This document shows, in pieces, positions 49,734 to 58,724 of a DNA stretch of 64,000 bases. A model generated the notes under the pieces. The model searched no databases, was not told the DNA's origin, and worked only from the letters and a program-made list of their open reading frames with translations. Made by a program: the position numbers and the translations under genes. This DNA is from Armatimonadota bacterium (GTDB lineage Bacteria > Armatimonadota > UBA5829 > DSUL01): contig JBDHZC010000004.1 in the NCBI GenBank assembly GCA_039811685.1, forward strand, positions 128,001 through 192,000, read 5' to 3'. The first letter of the stretch is position 1, and every line of letters starts with the position of its first letter.

Positions 49734-50956
49734 GCGCTGAAGTCACATCCCCTCATCCTGAAGCGCCTGCTATGCGAGTCACAGAGAACTCAGGTCCGCG
49801 TCCCACAGTTCAGTATTCCACCGGGCGGACGCTGGCCTCCTGGGGCTGTGGGTACATTGCCTACAATGCCGCCATGGCTGCGTTTCGCGAGGGTCTGCTA
49901 ACCGGAGTTATCGCGCCGGGGTATAACCCGTCAGACATACCCGATGAGTTAATATCAGTTGTGGCTGCGGCGGCTGAGGCTACACTGCGCGCCCGCATTC
50001 CGTATCGACTTCGTGTTAGGTACGGTCTGGACTTCTGTCTGATGGATAACGCCTTTGATCTGGGCGCGCGCAAACTGCTTAACGTCTCCGACATCTTCCA
50101 CGGTTGGAGCCATCAGGCTCTGTTCAGTATGAAGCAAGCTCGAAAACTTGGGACGCGGCTGGTTCTTGAGCGCGCTAACACGCACCCTGAAGACATCGTC
50201 TCACTGGTCTCCGGGGAGTATCGCAAGTACGGCTTCAAAGGGCGTGTGGAGGCGCCGCTGGAGCGCTGGAAAACTTACAGGGAGTACGCCCTGGCTGATC
50301 GGATCGTCGTCTGCAGCGAGTTTGCCCGCGAAAGCCATCTCCGCCACGGCATCCCGGCCGACAAGCTCAGAGTTATCAACTACGGTGTTGATACAGAGGT
50401 CTTTACACCGGGCCCAAAGCAGGACTCCACTTTTAGAGTTATCTACTGCGGAATGGTGTGCCTGCGTAAGGGCGTGCAGTATCTGCTTCAGGCGTGGAAA
50501 GAGCTGGGCTTACAGGATTCGGAGTTGTGGCTGGTTGGGATGGTTCTGCCCGATGCGGTTGAGTTGATGCGACGATACGAGTCTCTCCCAGGCGTAAGAG
50601 TGCTTGGGCATGTTGGTTCACGCGCTGAACTTGCGGAGTTGTATCGTCAGGGCAGTGTCTTTGCTTTCCCTTCTGTCGAAGACGGCTTTGCAATGGTTGT
50701 AACGGAAGCTATGGCGTGCGGCATACCCGTTATTATCTCCGGCAACACCGGAGCCAAAGATGTGGTAGAGGACGGCGTCAACGGATACGTTGTGCCAACC
50801 TGCAGTGTTGAGGCTCTCAAGGAGAAAATCGTGCAGCTCAAGCGAGACCCGCAGTTGCGCAGTTCACTCGGAGCCAGTGCCCGGTTGGCCGCTGAGAACA
50901 ATACGTGGTATCACTACTCCGAAAAGCTGCTGCAAGTTTACAAAGAGCTGATCTAG
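49730..50956 (+). CDS. Glycosyltransferase family 4
   Basis: YGVD..F.P, RKGVQYL, FPSVEDGFAMVVTEAMACG.PVI. Confidence 0.92.
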   Translation: MSAEVTSPHPEAPAMRVTENSGPRPTVQYSTGRTLASWGCGYIAYNAAMAAFREGLLTGVIAPGYNPSDIPDELISVVAAAAEATLRARIPYRLRVRYGLDFCLMDNAFDLGARKLLNVSDIFHGWSHQALFSMKQARKLGTRLVLERANTHPEDIVSLVSGEYRKYGFKGRVEAPLERWKTYREYALADRIVVCSEFARESHLRHGIPADKLRVINYGVDTEVFTPGPKQDSTFRVIYCGMVCLRKGVQYLLQAWKELGLQDSELWLVGMVLPDAVELMRRYESLPGVRVLGHVGSRAELAELYRQGSVFAFPSVEDGFAMVVTEAMACGIPVIISGNTGAKDVVEDGVNGYVVPTCSVEALKEKIVQLKRDPQLRSSLGASARLAAENNTWYHYSEKLLQVYKELI

Positions 50957-51041
50957 ACCCTTTTCAGTCATACGTTTGACAGCCTCCTTTCTGTGCGTGG
51001 TATGGAACAAGCTGATGAGTCCCCTCGATGGATAGTTTCTT

Positions 51042-51302
51042 ATGACACTACTGCGACGTATGGTTATGCCGATTCTTCTCCTACTCTCAGTCACGGAGCC
51101 CGCGCGCGCCGCGTCACAGGCTGTCACTGAGCCAGGCGGGTTCCTGACTCTGAGTGTCGGTCTGGGTTTTTTCGCCTGCTTCGTCTGGAAATCCCGGAGA
51201 GCTGTCGAGCCCTGCGAAAACGTGATTGATGCGCGTGATCTGTTTGCAGGACAAAATGCGGACGAACTTTTCGAAGATGGAGAGTCGCACCGCGTAGCAT
51301 AA
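51042..51302 (+). CDS. Small protein: signal peptide, PEP-CTERM-like segment and acidic tail
   Basis: Signal peptide ending ARA, then VTEPGG, a TM helix and KSRR. Confidence 0.55.
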   Translation: MTLLRRMVMPILLLLSVTEPARAASQAVTEPGGFLTLSVGLGFFACFVWKSRRAVEPCENVIDARDLFAGQNADELFEDGESHRVA

Positions 51303-51305
51303 CGT

Positions 51306-51623
51306 GTGAGGGAGTTGCAGAGCGTTTCTGAAATATCTGGGGAGTCTACCACCGAGAAACAGCCGCTCTCTGCTTCGGCTTCAGACTCTCAGAGTGCTGT
51401 TGAGGAGTCCTGTCGTCCTGCGGTCCACCTGATGCTCTTCACGCACCGGGCGCTTGCAACTCTGCTGTGAAGCGCCGGCTTCGAAGTTGTGTCCTCCGGG
51501 AGCATCCTGACAGACCCGCTGCCCGATCGTTTTGTGGATCGTCTGAGGTGGCTGAAGCGCCGCCTGACCGGACACCGCCGGTATAAAGGTGGCCTATGGA
51601 TTCTCGGGCGGTTGCCGGACTGA
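51306..51623 (+). pseudogene. Probable C-terminal remnant of a SAM-dependent methyltransferase with an in-frame TGA (51468-51470)
   Basis: Reads PAVHLMLFTHRALATLL*SAGFEVVSSG; no N-terminal SAM-binding motif. Confidence 0.5.
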
Positions 51624-51626
51624 TCC

Positions 51627-52004
51627 TCAGGCCAGTCTGACGGCTCCATTGTAGACTTCTTCGACGTGTACGACGACGGCGGCAACGGGCGGGTACTGCG
51701 GGTCTATCCAGTTCGGCAGATCGTCGAACACTTCCCCGCTTGTCATATACTCCAGCCGCCCGTATATCTGGTAGGAATTGTAGTCTGTTGTCAGAAACAG
51801 CACCGAGGCCAGACTGCCGTTGGCAATGTTTGCCCGGGTCTTGTGGAAACTGGAGTCCGAAATCACAAAACGGCAGGCATCCAGAAGCTTGATTGCGCCG
51901 ACGTAGATGGCGTTTGGCTGCCCGGAATCACTTACGGTGGCCAGCACTGCCGGGCCTTCGCGTTGATCCCACGCTTTGATTACTGTCTCTGGCAAATCGG
52001 GCAT
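51627..52004 (-). CDS. Pyridoxamine 5'-phosphate oxidase-like FMN-binding protein
   Basis: VLATVSDSGQPN, KTRANI, YQIYG, VEEVY. Confidence 0.85.
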   Translation of the reverse strand: MPDLPETVIKAWDQREGPAVLATVSDSGQPNAIYVGAIKLLDACRFVISDSSFHKTRANIANGSLASVLFLTTDYNSYQIYGRLEYMTSGEVFDDLPNWIDPQYPPVAAVVVHVEEVYNGAVRLA

Positions 52005-52075
52005 AGTCGTTCTCCCTGAACTCAGCTTCCCTTTCTTGGCAGCTCATTGGATGTCCTTTGCGAACATGCCGTCAT

Positions 52076-52116
52076 TTGTGATACATTTCTCAAGTTCAGC
52101 GATGCCGTGGTATCAT
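52076..52116 (+). promoter_or_regulatory. Rex/CRP-like palindrome overlapping the putative nuoB promoter
   Basis: TTGTGATACATTTCTCAA (52076-52093); extended -10 TGgTATCAT (52108-52116). Confidence 0.5.
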
Positions 52117-52312
52117 CGCTCGGAACCGTAGCGGTATTGAGCCAGACTCCGCTTCGCAGACGTCTCTGTCAGGATGTCGCGCAGTCATTGCGTGGAAGCC
52201 TCTTGCAGCTTGGCGCTAAGGCGGAGGAATGGGCTATGCTGTACGGGTTAGCGTCAGCCGCTCAGTTAACTGTCCGTGCTCAGGTCGGACAGAGCCAGGG
52301 AGATTCAGTTTT

Positions 52313-52897
52313 ATGGCAGCCTCACACGAAGCGGGTCCGGGGATCGTCTTTTCCACTGTTGACAAGGTTGCGAAGTGGGCTCAGAGTTCGTCCATCTGGC
52401 CGTTCTCTTTCGGACTTGCCTGTTGCGCAATTGAAATGATGTCCACTGTGGCCGGCCGCTTTGACATCGCCAGATTCGGAGCGGAGGTGTTTCGATCCTC
52501 GCCGCGCCAGGCGGACCTTATGATTGTCGCCGGACGCGTCTCGATGAAGATGGGTCCGGTTATTAAGCGCCTTTACGATCAGATGCCTGACCCGAAGTGG
52601 GTCATTGCGATGGGCGCGTGCGCTTCGACCGGAGGAGTGTTCAACAACTACGCCATCATTCAGGGTGTGGACAAAGTCATCCCTGTGGATGTCTTCGTTC
52701 CAGGATGTCCACCAAATCCGGATGCTCTCCTTTACGCGATCACCAAGCTTCAGGACAAAATCAGAGCGGGTGAGGCGCAGCCGGGGAGCAAAATTCTCCT
52801 TCCACCTGATGTCGACCGGACAGCCATCCGGCCCAAACCCGCCTTTGTCTCCGCCGAAGGAATGGAGAGCGAGGAATACCTGTCTCGCAAGGTCTGA
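52313..52897 (+). CDS. nuoB: Complex I subunit B
   Basis: [10 protein letters not shown] (tandem N2 cysteines), [20 protein letters not shown]. Confidence 0.95.
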   Translation: MAASHEAGPGIVFSTVDKVAKWAQSSSIWPFSFGLACCAIEMMSTVAGRFDIARFGAEVFRSSPRQADLMIVAGRVSMKMGPVIKRLYDQMPDPKWVIAMGACASTGGVFNNYAIIQGVDKVIPVDVFVPGCPPNPDALLYAITKLQDKIRAGEAQPGSKILLPPDVDRTAIRPKPAFVSAEGMESEEYLSRKV

Positions 52898-52933
52898 TCA
52901 CTCTCTGTTCATAGGTGACTGCTCTCGCAGGAC

Positions 52934-54730
52934 TTGCCTCAGACTCACACGATGCAAAAAGAAGAAACGCGAAAGATATTTGAAGACGCCAGGCTGAAAT
53001 TTGGCGAAGATGTGGCCTTTTCCGACAGACCTGCTGAGGAAGGGTCCATCGTTGTCCAGCCGTCCCGGATCAAGGAGTTCAGCCGTTGGCTGCGCGACGA
53101 CCTCAAGTTTGATTTCTATTCTGAGGTCGGCGGTGCGGACTTTATGTTCCAGAACCCGCGCTACTCTCTGACCTACACGCTTTTCTCCACCAAAGAGCGC
53201 AAGCACATCCACTACAAAGTTCTGCTGGATGAAGACGAGCCGCGCGTGGACACTATCAGCGATGTTTACGCCGGAGCGAACTGGCACGAGCGCGAAATTT
53301 TCGATATGTTCGGCATCACTTTTGACGGCCATCCGGATTTGCGCCGACTTCTGATGCCGGACTACTGGCGCGGCCATCCGCTGCGCAAAGACTACGACAT
53401 TGGCGGGGAGTCCGTTCAGTTTTCTGCTAATTTTGCGGATGTTACGCCCCAGACGCTACCCGCTCCGCCAGATGAAGAAGTCTTTCTCGGGTGGGATCGC
53501 CTGGAGACTCAACCGAGCTCCTACACACAGCTTCTCGACTCTGGCGCTGAGCTGGAGGATGCCGGCGAAGGCAGGATGATCATCAACATGGGGCCACAGC
53601 ATCCGAGCACGCATGGGGTGTTGCGGCTGCTGGTTGAGCTGGATGGTGAGAACGTCATCACAACCCTGCCGGATATCGGCTATCTGCATACGGGCATTGA
53701 AAAGACTGCTGAAAGCCTCAATTTCAACCAGGCGCTGACTCTGACAGATCGGATGGACTATCTGTCGCCGCTTGGCAACAATCTGGCGTTTTCCCTGTCC
53801 ACTGAGCGGCTGCTGGGCATAACGATTCCGCGTCGCGCTCAAGTGCTGCGCGTGATTCTGGCCGAGCTCACGAGGATTCAGAGTCACCTCGTCTGGCTCG
53901 CTACACACGGGTTGGATCTCGGAGCGATGAGCGCGTTCTTCTACTGCTTCCGTGAGCGCGATCAGATTCTGGACCTTTTTGAGACCGCTTCCGGCGTACG
54001 GATGATGACAAGCTACATCTGTCCAGGGGGCCTGAGAGAAGACATCCCACCTGAGTTTATGCCCATGCTGCAAAGCTTCATGGACATTTTCCAGAGCAGA
54101 GTTGATGAGTACGAAGTGCTCCTCACCAAGAACCCCATATGGCTGGAGCGTACGCAGGGAGTAGGCAAGATCAGCGTGGAGGACGCGCTTTCCTATGGCG
54201 TCAGCGGGCCGAGTCTGCGCGCTTCAGGGATCGACTGGGATATGCGCAAGGTCGAGCCCTACAGTGGTTACGAAGAGTACGATTTTGACGTCCCTGTCGG
54301 GTCACACGGTGACGTCTATGACCGCTACCTTTGCCGGGTTGAAGAGATGCGTCAGAGCCACCGGATTATCGCTCAGGCGATTAAGAAATTGGAGCCGGGG
54401 CCGGTGGGAGCAGACGAGCGGCGCGTACTGTCACCACACAAAATTGAAATTGGCAACAGTATGGAAAGCCTGATTCACCACTTTCTGTTGACGACAATCG
54501 GGTTCACGGCGCCCCCGGGTGAGGGGCATGTGCCAACGGAGACCGGGCGCGGGCTGCTCTCGTTCTACATGATTGGAGATGGTTCGCCGAAGCCTTACCG
54601 AATGCGTGCGCGAACGCCCTCGTTCAGCAACCTCCAGGCGCTCCCGCTGATGATGCAGGGAGGGCTGGTGGCGGATGCCGTGGCGACAATTGGCAGCATC
54701 GACATCGTTCTGGGAGAGATTGACCGCTAG
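52934..54730 (+). CDS. nuoCD: Fused complex I subunit C/D
   Basis: NuoC: ANWHEREIFDMFGI.F.GHP..RR, GHPLRKDY. NuoD: NMGPQHPSTHGVLRL, DRMDY, C-terminal DIVLGEIDR. Confidence 0.95.
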   Translation: MPQTHTMQKEETRKIFEDARLKFGEDVAFSDRPAEEGSIVVQPSRIKEFSRWLRDDLKFDFYSEVGGADFMFQNPRYSLTYTLFSTKERKHIHYKVLLDEDEPRVDTISDVYAGANWHEREIFDMFGITFDGHPDLRRLLMPDYWRGHPLRKDYDIGGESVQFSANFADVTPQTLPAPPDEEVFLGWDRLETQPSSYTQLLDSGAELEDAGEGRMIINMGPQHPSTHGVLRLLVELDGENVITTLPDIGYLHTGIEKTAESLNFNQALTLTDRMDYLSPLGNNLAFSLSTERLLGITIPRRAQVLRVILAELTRIQSHLVWLATHGLDLGAMSAFFYCFRERDQILDLFETASGVRMMTSYICPGGLREDIPPEFMPMLQSFMDIFQSRVDEYEVLLTKNPIWLERTQGVGKISVEDALSYGVSGPSLRASGIDWDMRKVEPYSGYEEYDFDVPVGSHGDVYDRYLCRVEEMRQSHRIIAQAIKKLEPGPVGADERRVLSPHKIEIGNSMESLIHHFLLTTIGFTAPPGEGHVPTETGRGLLSFYMIGDGSPKPYRMRARTPSFSNLQALPLMMQGGLVADAVATIGSIDIVLGEIDR

Positions 54731-54819
54731 CGAAGCGATTGGAAGGAGCAAGCGCTGTTTGTGAGGTGAGTCAGGTGCGCAACCCTCTCAACTTCTCAAC
54801 ACTCAGCTCAAAGAGATAA

Positions 54820-56901
54820 ATGTCTGATCTAGTTACTCTGACAATTGATGGCCAGCAGATTCAAACCGCCCCGAATACGCTGCTTGTTGAAGCGGCCGCG
54901 CAGCTTGGAATTCTGGTGCCAGTTTACTGCTACCACCCGAAGCTGGCGCCTATTGGCGCGTGCCGTATGTGCCTGGTCGAAATTGAGGGCATGCCCAAGC
55001 TCACGCCAAGTTGCACGACACCCGTCAAAGAGGGCATGGTGGTTCACACGCAGAACGCCCGCGTGGAAAAAGCGCGCCGGGGGATGCTGGAGTTTCTGCT
55101 CATTCACCACCCTCTGGACTGTCCGGTCTGCGACAAAGGCGGTGAGTGCCCGCTGCAGGACTACACCTATGAGTTTGGTCCGCGCAAAACACGTTTCCGC
55201 TATCCAAAGCGCCACTGGGACAAACCACTTCAGATAGGCAAGAACATACTGCTGGATCGCGAGCGCTGCATCATGTGCCTGCGCTGCGTCCGTTTCTGTG
55301 AAGAGATTTCCGACCATCAGCAGATTGGCGTTTTTGAGCGCGGACATAGCCAGTGCATAGGGACTGTGCCCGGTCACTCCTTCGATAGCCAGTTCTCCGG
55401 TAACACCATCGAGCTTTGTCCGGTTGGGGCGCTGACTGGCGCTCCCACGCGTTTCTTTGGACGCACGTGGGAGATTCAGCATACACCCAGCATTTGTACA
55501 GGTTGCGCTGCAGGCTGCAATATCCGTATAGATCACCGTCAGCAGAGGGACGTGGTCCGGCTTTGGAGCCGGGAGAACAAGCACACGGATGACGGTTGGT
55601 TGTGTGATCGTGGGCGATTTGGCTACGAATTTGTAAACCAGGATCGCCTGAAGGATTTCAAGATTCTGCAAGATGGGCAGCTTGTGGATGCCACGACTCA
55701 GCAGGCGACGGTAAAGGCGGCCTCCATCCTCAGCAAGCACGCAAACTCCGGCAGTCTGGGAGTACTGGCCTCTCCCATTCTGACGAATGAAGAGTTGTAC
55801 GCGGTTGAATGGCTCACGCGTTCTGTTCTTCAGACCAGCAGCATTGATCATACCGCATCTGCCGTCAATCCCCAGGCCGTACAACTTCACAGCGTTGTGC
55901 GTGAAGCCGGGTTTAGATCCGGAGTTTTGACGGATATTGATGAGGCTGCTCAGATTGTCACGATTGGCGTTGATCTGTCCAACGATCAGCCGATTACGGA
56001 GCTGCGCGTCAAGAAAGCTCTGTTCCAGCGAAAAGCACAGCTCGTCAGCCTCTATCCGGAGACCATTGAACTCGGCCGCTACACCGAGCACAACCTGATC
56101 TATGAGCCCGGACAAGAGGCTTCCGTTGTCGCTTCTCTGGCTGCGGCGGTGCGCTCCGGAGGCGGCGAGGGCGTTGTGGGTCAGGCGGCCAGACTGCTCT
56201 CCTCTGAAGCGCCCAAAGCTGTGATTGTCGGCTGGAAACTGCAGGGTCTGAGTGACTTTTCTGCGCTTGCGAAAGCCCTGGGTGAGCTGGCTTCCGCGCT
56301 TGGGCCGGATGTGCCCTGCATCACGATTTATCCCAACTGCAACACGCGCGGTGCGCTGGATCTGGGCATTACGCCTGGCTGGCTACCTGGAGGTGTCGCT
56401 GCCACGGGCTCATCTGAGTCGGGAATGACGGGTATTCAGATACTGGAAGCTGCCCGAGATGGCCGCTTGAAAGCGCTGTGGGTGGTTGGGGCTGAGCCTC
56501 TGCTGGAAGCAGATCCGGAGCTTGTCAAGGCTGCTTTGGCTAATGTCGAGTTCATCTATCAGGGGTGGTCTTTGAGAGACGTGCCGGTTGATCCGGATGT
56601 CGTGCTGGCGAACGTGACATTCGCCGAGCAGGCTGGCACCTTCACCAACACGGATGGCCGGGTGCAGCGAATCTATCCGGCGGTCAAGCCCCACGGGCGG
56701 TCCCGGCCAGGGTGGCAGATTGTGGCTGACCTGGGAAGGGCGCTCGGAAAAACGTGGGAAGCCACCAGTGACCAGGAAGTTTTTGAGCAGATCAGGCAGG
56801 CCGTTCCCGCTTACAGTCAGATCAAATGGTCTGAAGTTGGGACATTGGGAGTGCAGTCTGGCGCTTCCGCTCCCCCGGCGATGGCAGGAGCAACTGGCTA
56901 A
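54820..56901 (+). CDS. nuoG: Complex I subunit G
   Basis: CYH...GACRMC (N1b), HPLDCPVCDKGGEC (N5), CIMCLRCVRFC...CPVGAL (N4), CTGCAAGC...C (N7). Confidence 0.93.
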   Translation: MSDLVTLTIDGQQIQTAPNTLLVEAAAQLGILVPVYCYHPKLAPIGACRMCLVEIEGMPKLTPSCTTPVKEGMVVHTQNARVEKARRGMLEFLLIHHPLDCPVCDKGGECPLQDYTYEFGPRKTRFRYPKRHWDKPLQIGKNILLDRERCIMCLRCVRFCEEISDHQQIGVFERGHSQCIGTVPGHSFDSQFSGNTIELCPVGALTGAPTRFFGRTWEIQHTPSICTGCAAGCNIRIDHRQQRDVVRLWSRENKHTDDGWLCDRGRFGYEFVNQDRLKDFKILQDGQLVDATTQQATVKAASILSKHANSGSLGVLASPILTNEELYAVEWLTRSVLQTSSIDHTASAVNPQAVQLHSVVREAGFRSGVLTDIDEAAQIVTIGVDLSNDQPITELRVKKALFQRKAQLVSLYPETIELGRYTEHNLIYEPGQEASVVASLAAAVRSGGGEGVVGQAARLLSSEAPKAVIVGWKLQGLSDFSALAKALGELASALGPDVPCITIYPNCNTRGALDLGITPGWLPGGVAATGSSESGMTGIQILEAARDGRLKALWVVGAEPLLEADPELVKAALANVEFIYQGWSLRDVPVDPDVVLANVTFAEQAGTFTNTDGRVQRIYPAVKPHGRSRPGWQIVADLGRALGKTWEATSDQEVFEQIRQAVPAYSQIKWSEVGTLGVQSGASAPPAMAGATG

Positions 56902-56925
56902 GCAAGATTCGAGAGGTCCGTTGAA

Positions 56926-57378
56926 GTGATATCAGAGTTTATCAAGGGTCTGGGTATTACGCTTCTGCAGGTTATTCGGAAGCCAACCACTGTCAACTAC
57001 CCGGAAGAGAAACGCCCCACTGTGGCGCGCGCGCGCTGGCGTCATAAACTTCTCAGGCACGAAGATGGCCTTGAGCGGTGCATCGGATGCAGTCTGTGCG
57101 TGGGGGCTTGTCCGTCACATTGCATCACGGTTGTCGCCGCCGACAATACCGACGAAGACCGTCGATCTCCGGGAGAGCGCTATGCTGCCGTCTACGAGAT
57201 CAATATGCTGCGCTGCATCTTCTGCGGCTACTGCGAGGACGCATGTCCAACTGGCGCGATTATTCTGGGTCCAGATTTCGAGCTGGCCGACTATGATCGG
57301 GCAAGCTTCGTTTACGGCAAGGACAGGCTGCTGGTTCCTGCGCCCGGGGAGATTGCCCGGGTCAAGACCAGATTCTGA
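56926..57378 (+). CDS. nuoI: Complex I subunit I
   Basis: T.NYPEEK, CIGCSLCVGACP, INMLRCIFCGYCEDACP. Confidence 0.95.
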   Translation: MISEFIKGLGITLLQVIRKPTTVNYPEEKRPTVARARWRHKLLRHEDGLERCIGCSLCVGACPSHCITVVAADNTDEDRRSPGERYAAVYEINMLRCIFCGYCEDACPTGAIILGPDFELADYDRASFVYGKDRLLVPAPGEIARVKTRF

Positions 57379-57707
57379 GAACCCATCTCTGTCCGTACCC
57401 GGGGGTAACCCGTGGCCTTCTTGAGCGAGCTTTCCTGCTGTGATTACCGCATATGCCGGACTTTGCCGCTGTACATGGGGTATCATTGCTATGCACGCCA
57501 CTTGTTACATAGACTGTCCCGCGCCAGTGTGTCGCTAACGCGCTTGCGAGTGCAGCGCGTATAAAATGCATAGTGCGTTTTACTGTGGAAGGATAAGCAG
57601 ATGAAACGCGCACTGCCTGTTCCAGTATAAATCAGGCGGTGCTACTTGCGCCTGGCAGGTTCTCGGCTCGAGCCTGCGGCGGGCGCCACTCTTAAAAGGA
57701 GTCTTTT

Positions 57708-58721
57708 ATGGCGATTACTCGCTCCGGCGCTCACACTGTTGAGCTGCTGGATAAGCTTCCGCGCGAAGAACACCTCGAAATGTACCGGATGATGGTACTG
57801 ATACGCCGCTTTGAGGAGATGGCCGGCAAGAAGTACATGGAAGCAGTCATCGGAGGCTTCTGCCACCTCTATATTGGTCAGGAGGCCGTCTGCGTTGGCA
57901 TTCAGTCTGTCCTCAGGCCGGATGACTACGCCATGGGCACATACCGCGAACATGGACAAGCGCTTGCAGCGGGAATGGACGCCAGGGCCATTATGGCCGA
58001 GCTTTTTGGTAAGGCAACTGGTGTCAGCAAAGGCAAAGGCGGGTCCATGCACCTCTTCGACAAATCGCGCAACTTCATGGGAGGAGATGCCATCGTCGGC
58101 GGCCACCTTCCGATTGCCGCTGGGGTCGGGCTGTCCATCAAATACCGGGCCGCGGATCAGGTCTGTGTTTGTTACTTCGGAGACGGGGCGGTCAACGAAG
58201 GAGCGTTCCACGAGGCGCTCAACATATCAGGGCTGTGGAAGCTTCCTGTCATCTACGTGTGTGAGAACAATCTCTATGGTATGGGGACGCAGGTGACGCG
58301 CGCTTCGGCCGTCCCGGACCTCAGCCGCCGGGTGAGTGGATACGGGATTGAGAGCGCGCACGTTGACGGGATGGACCTGCTGGCGGTGCGCAATCTTGCT
58401 GAGGTCGCTGTGCGTGAGTGCCGCAATGGCAATGGGCCTTACTTCATTGAAGCCAAGACCTACCGGTACCGTGGTCACTCGATGGCGGACCCGGCCACCT
58501 ATCGCTCCAAGGATGAGGTCGAGGAATGGCGTGTGCGAGATCCGATCAACCTCTTCGAGCGCCAGCTTCTTGACAAGGGTCTGATGAAAGATGCGGACGT
58601 GCAGAGAATTTCCTCAGAAGTTGATCAGTTGGTGGATGAGTGTGTCCAGTTTGCGGAGGAGTCCCCTGCGCCCAGTCCGGACGCCCTCTATGAGTATGTT
58701 TACGCTTCGGAGGAAATCTAG
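57708..58721 (+). CDS. pdhA: Pyruvate dehydrogenase E1 alpha
   Basis: GGFCHLYIGQEA, GKGGSMH, TPP motif GDGA...NN, TYRYRGHSMADP..YR. Confidence 0.93.
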   Translation: MAITRSGAHTVELLDKLPREEHLEMYRMMVLIRRFEEMAGKKYMEAVIGGFCHLYIGQEAVCVGIQSVLRPDDYAMGTYREHGQALAAGMDARAIMAELFGKATGVSKGKGGSMHLFDKSRNFMGGDAIVGGHLPIAAGVGLSIKYRAADQVCVCYFGDGAVNEGAFHEALNISGLWKLPVIYVCENNLYGMGTQVTRASAVPDLSRRVSGYGIESAHVDGMDLLAVRNLAEVAVRECRNGNGPYFIEAKTYRYRGHSMADPATYRSKDEVEEWRVRDPINLFERQLLDKGLMKDADVQRISSEVDQLVDECVQFAEESPAPSPDALYEYVYASEEI

Positions 58722-58724
58722 CTC

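Noticed and set aside
51468..51470. Selenocysteine recoding of the in-frame TGA
   Set aside because: The position corresponds to a non-catalytic helix residue, no convincing SECIS is evident, and the gene lacks its N-terminus
52934..54730. Group 4 [NiFe]-hydrogenase or formate hydrogenlyase interpretation of the nuo-like block
   Set aside because: The large subunit has DRMDY and DIVLGEIDR instead of the two Ni-binding CxxC motifs, and NuoB has tandem CC, so this is complex I type
54829..56115. Long antisense or overlapping ORFs (e.g. 54829..56115, 35387..36472, 2791..3768, 30891..31859, 44586..45260)
   Set aside because: Shadow frames of well-supported genes in GC-rich DNA with no recognisable motifs; the Pro-rich ones mirror the Gly codons
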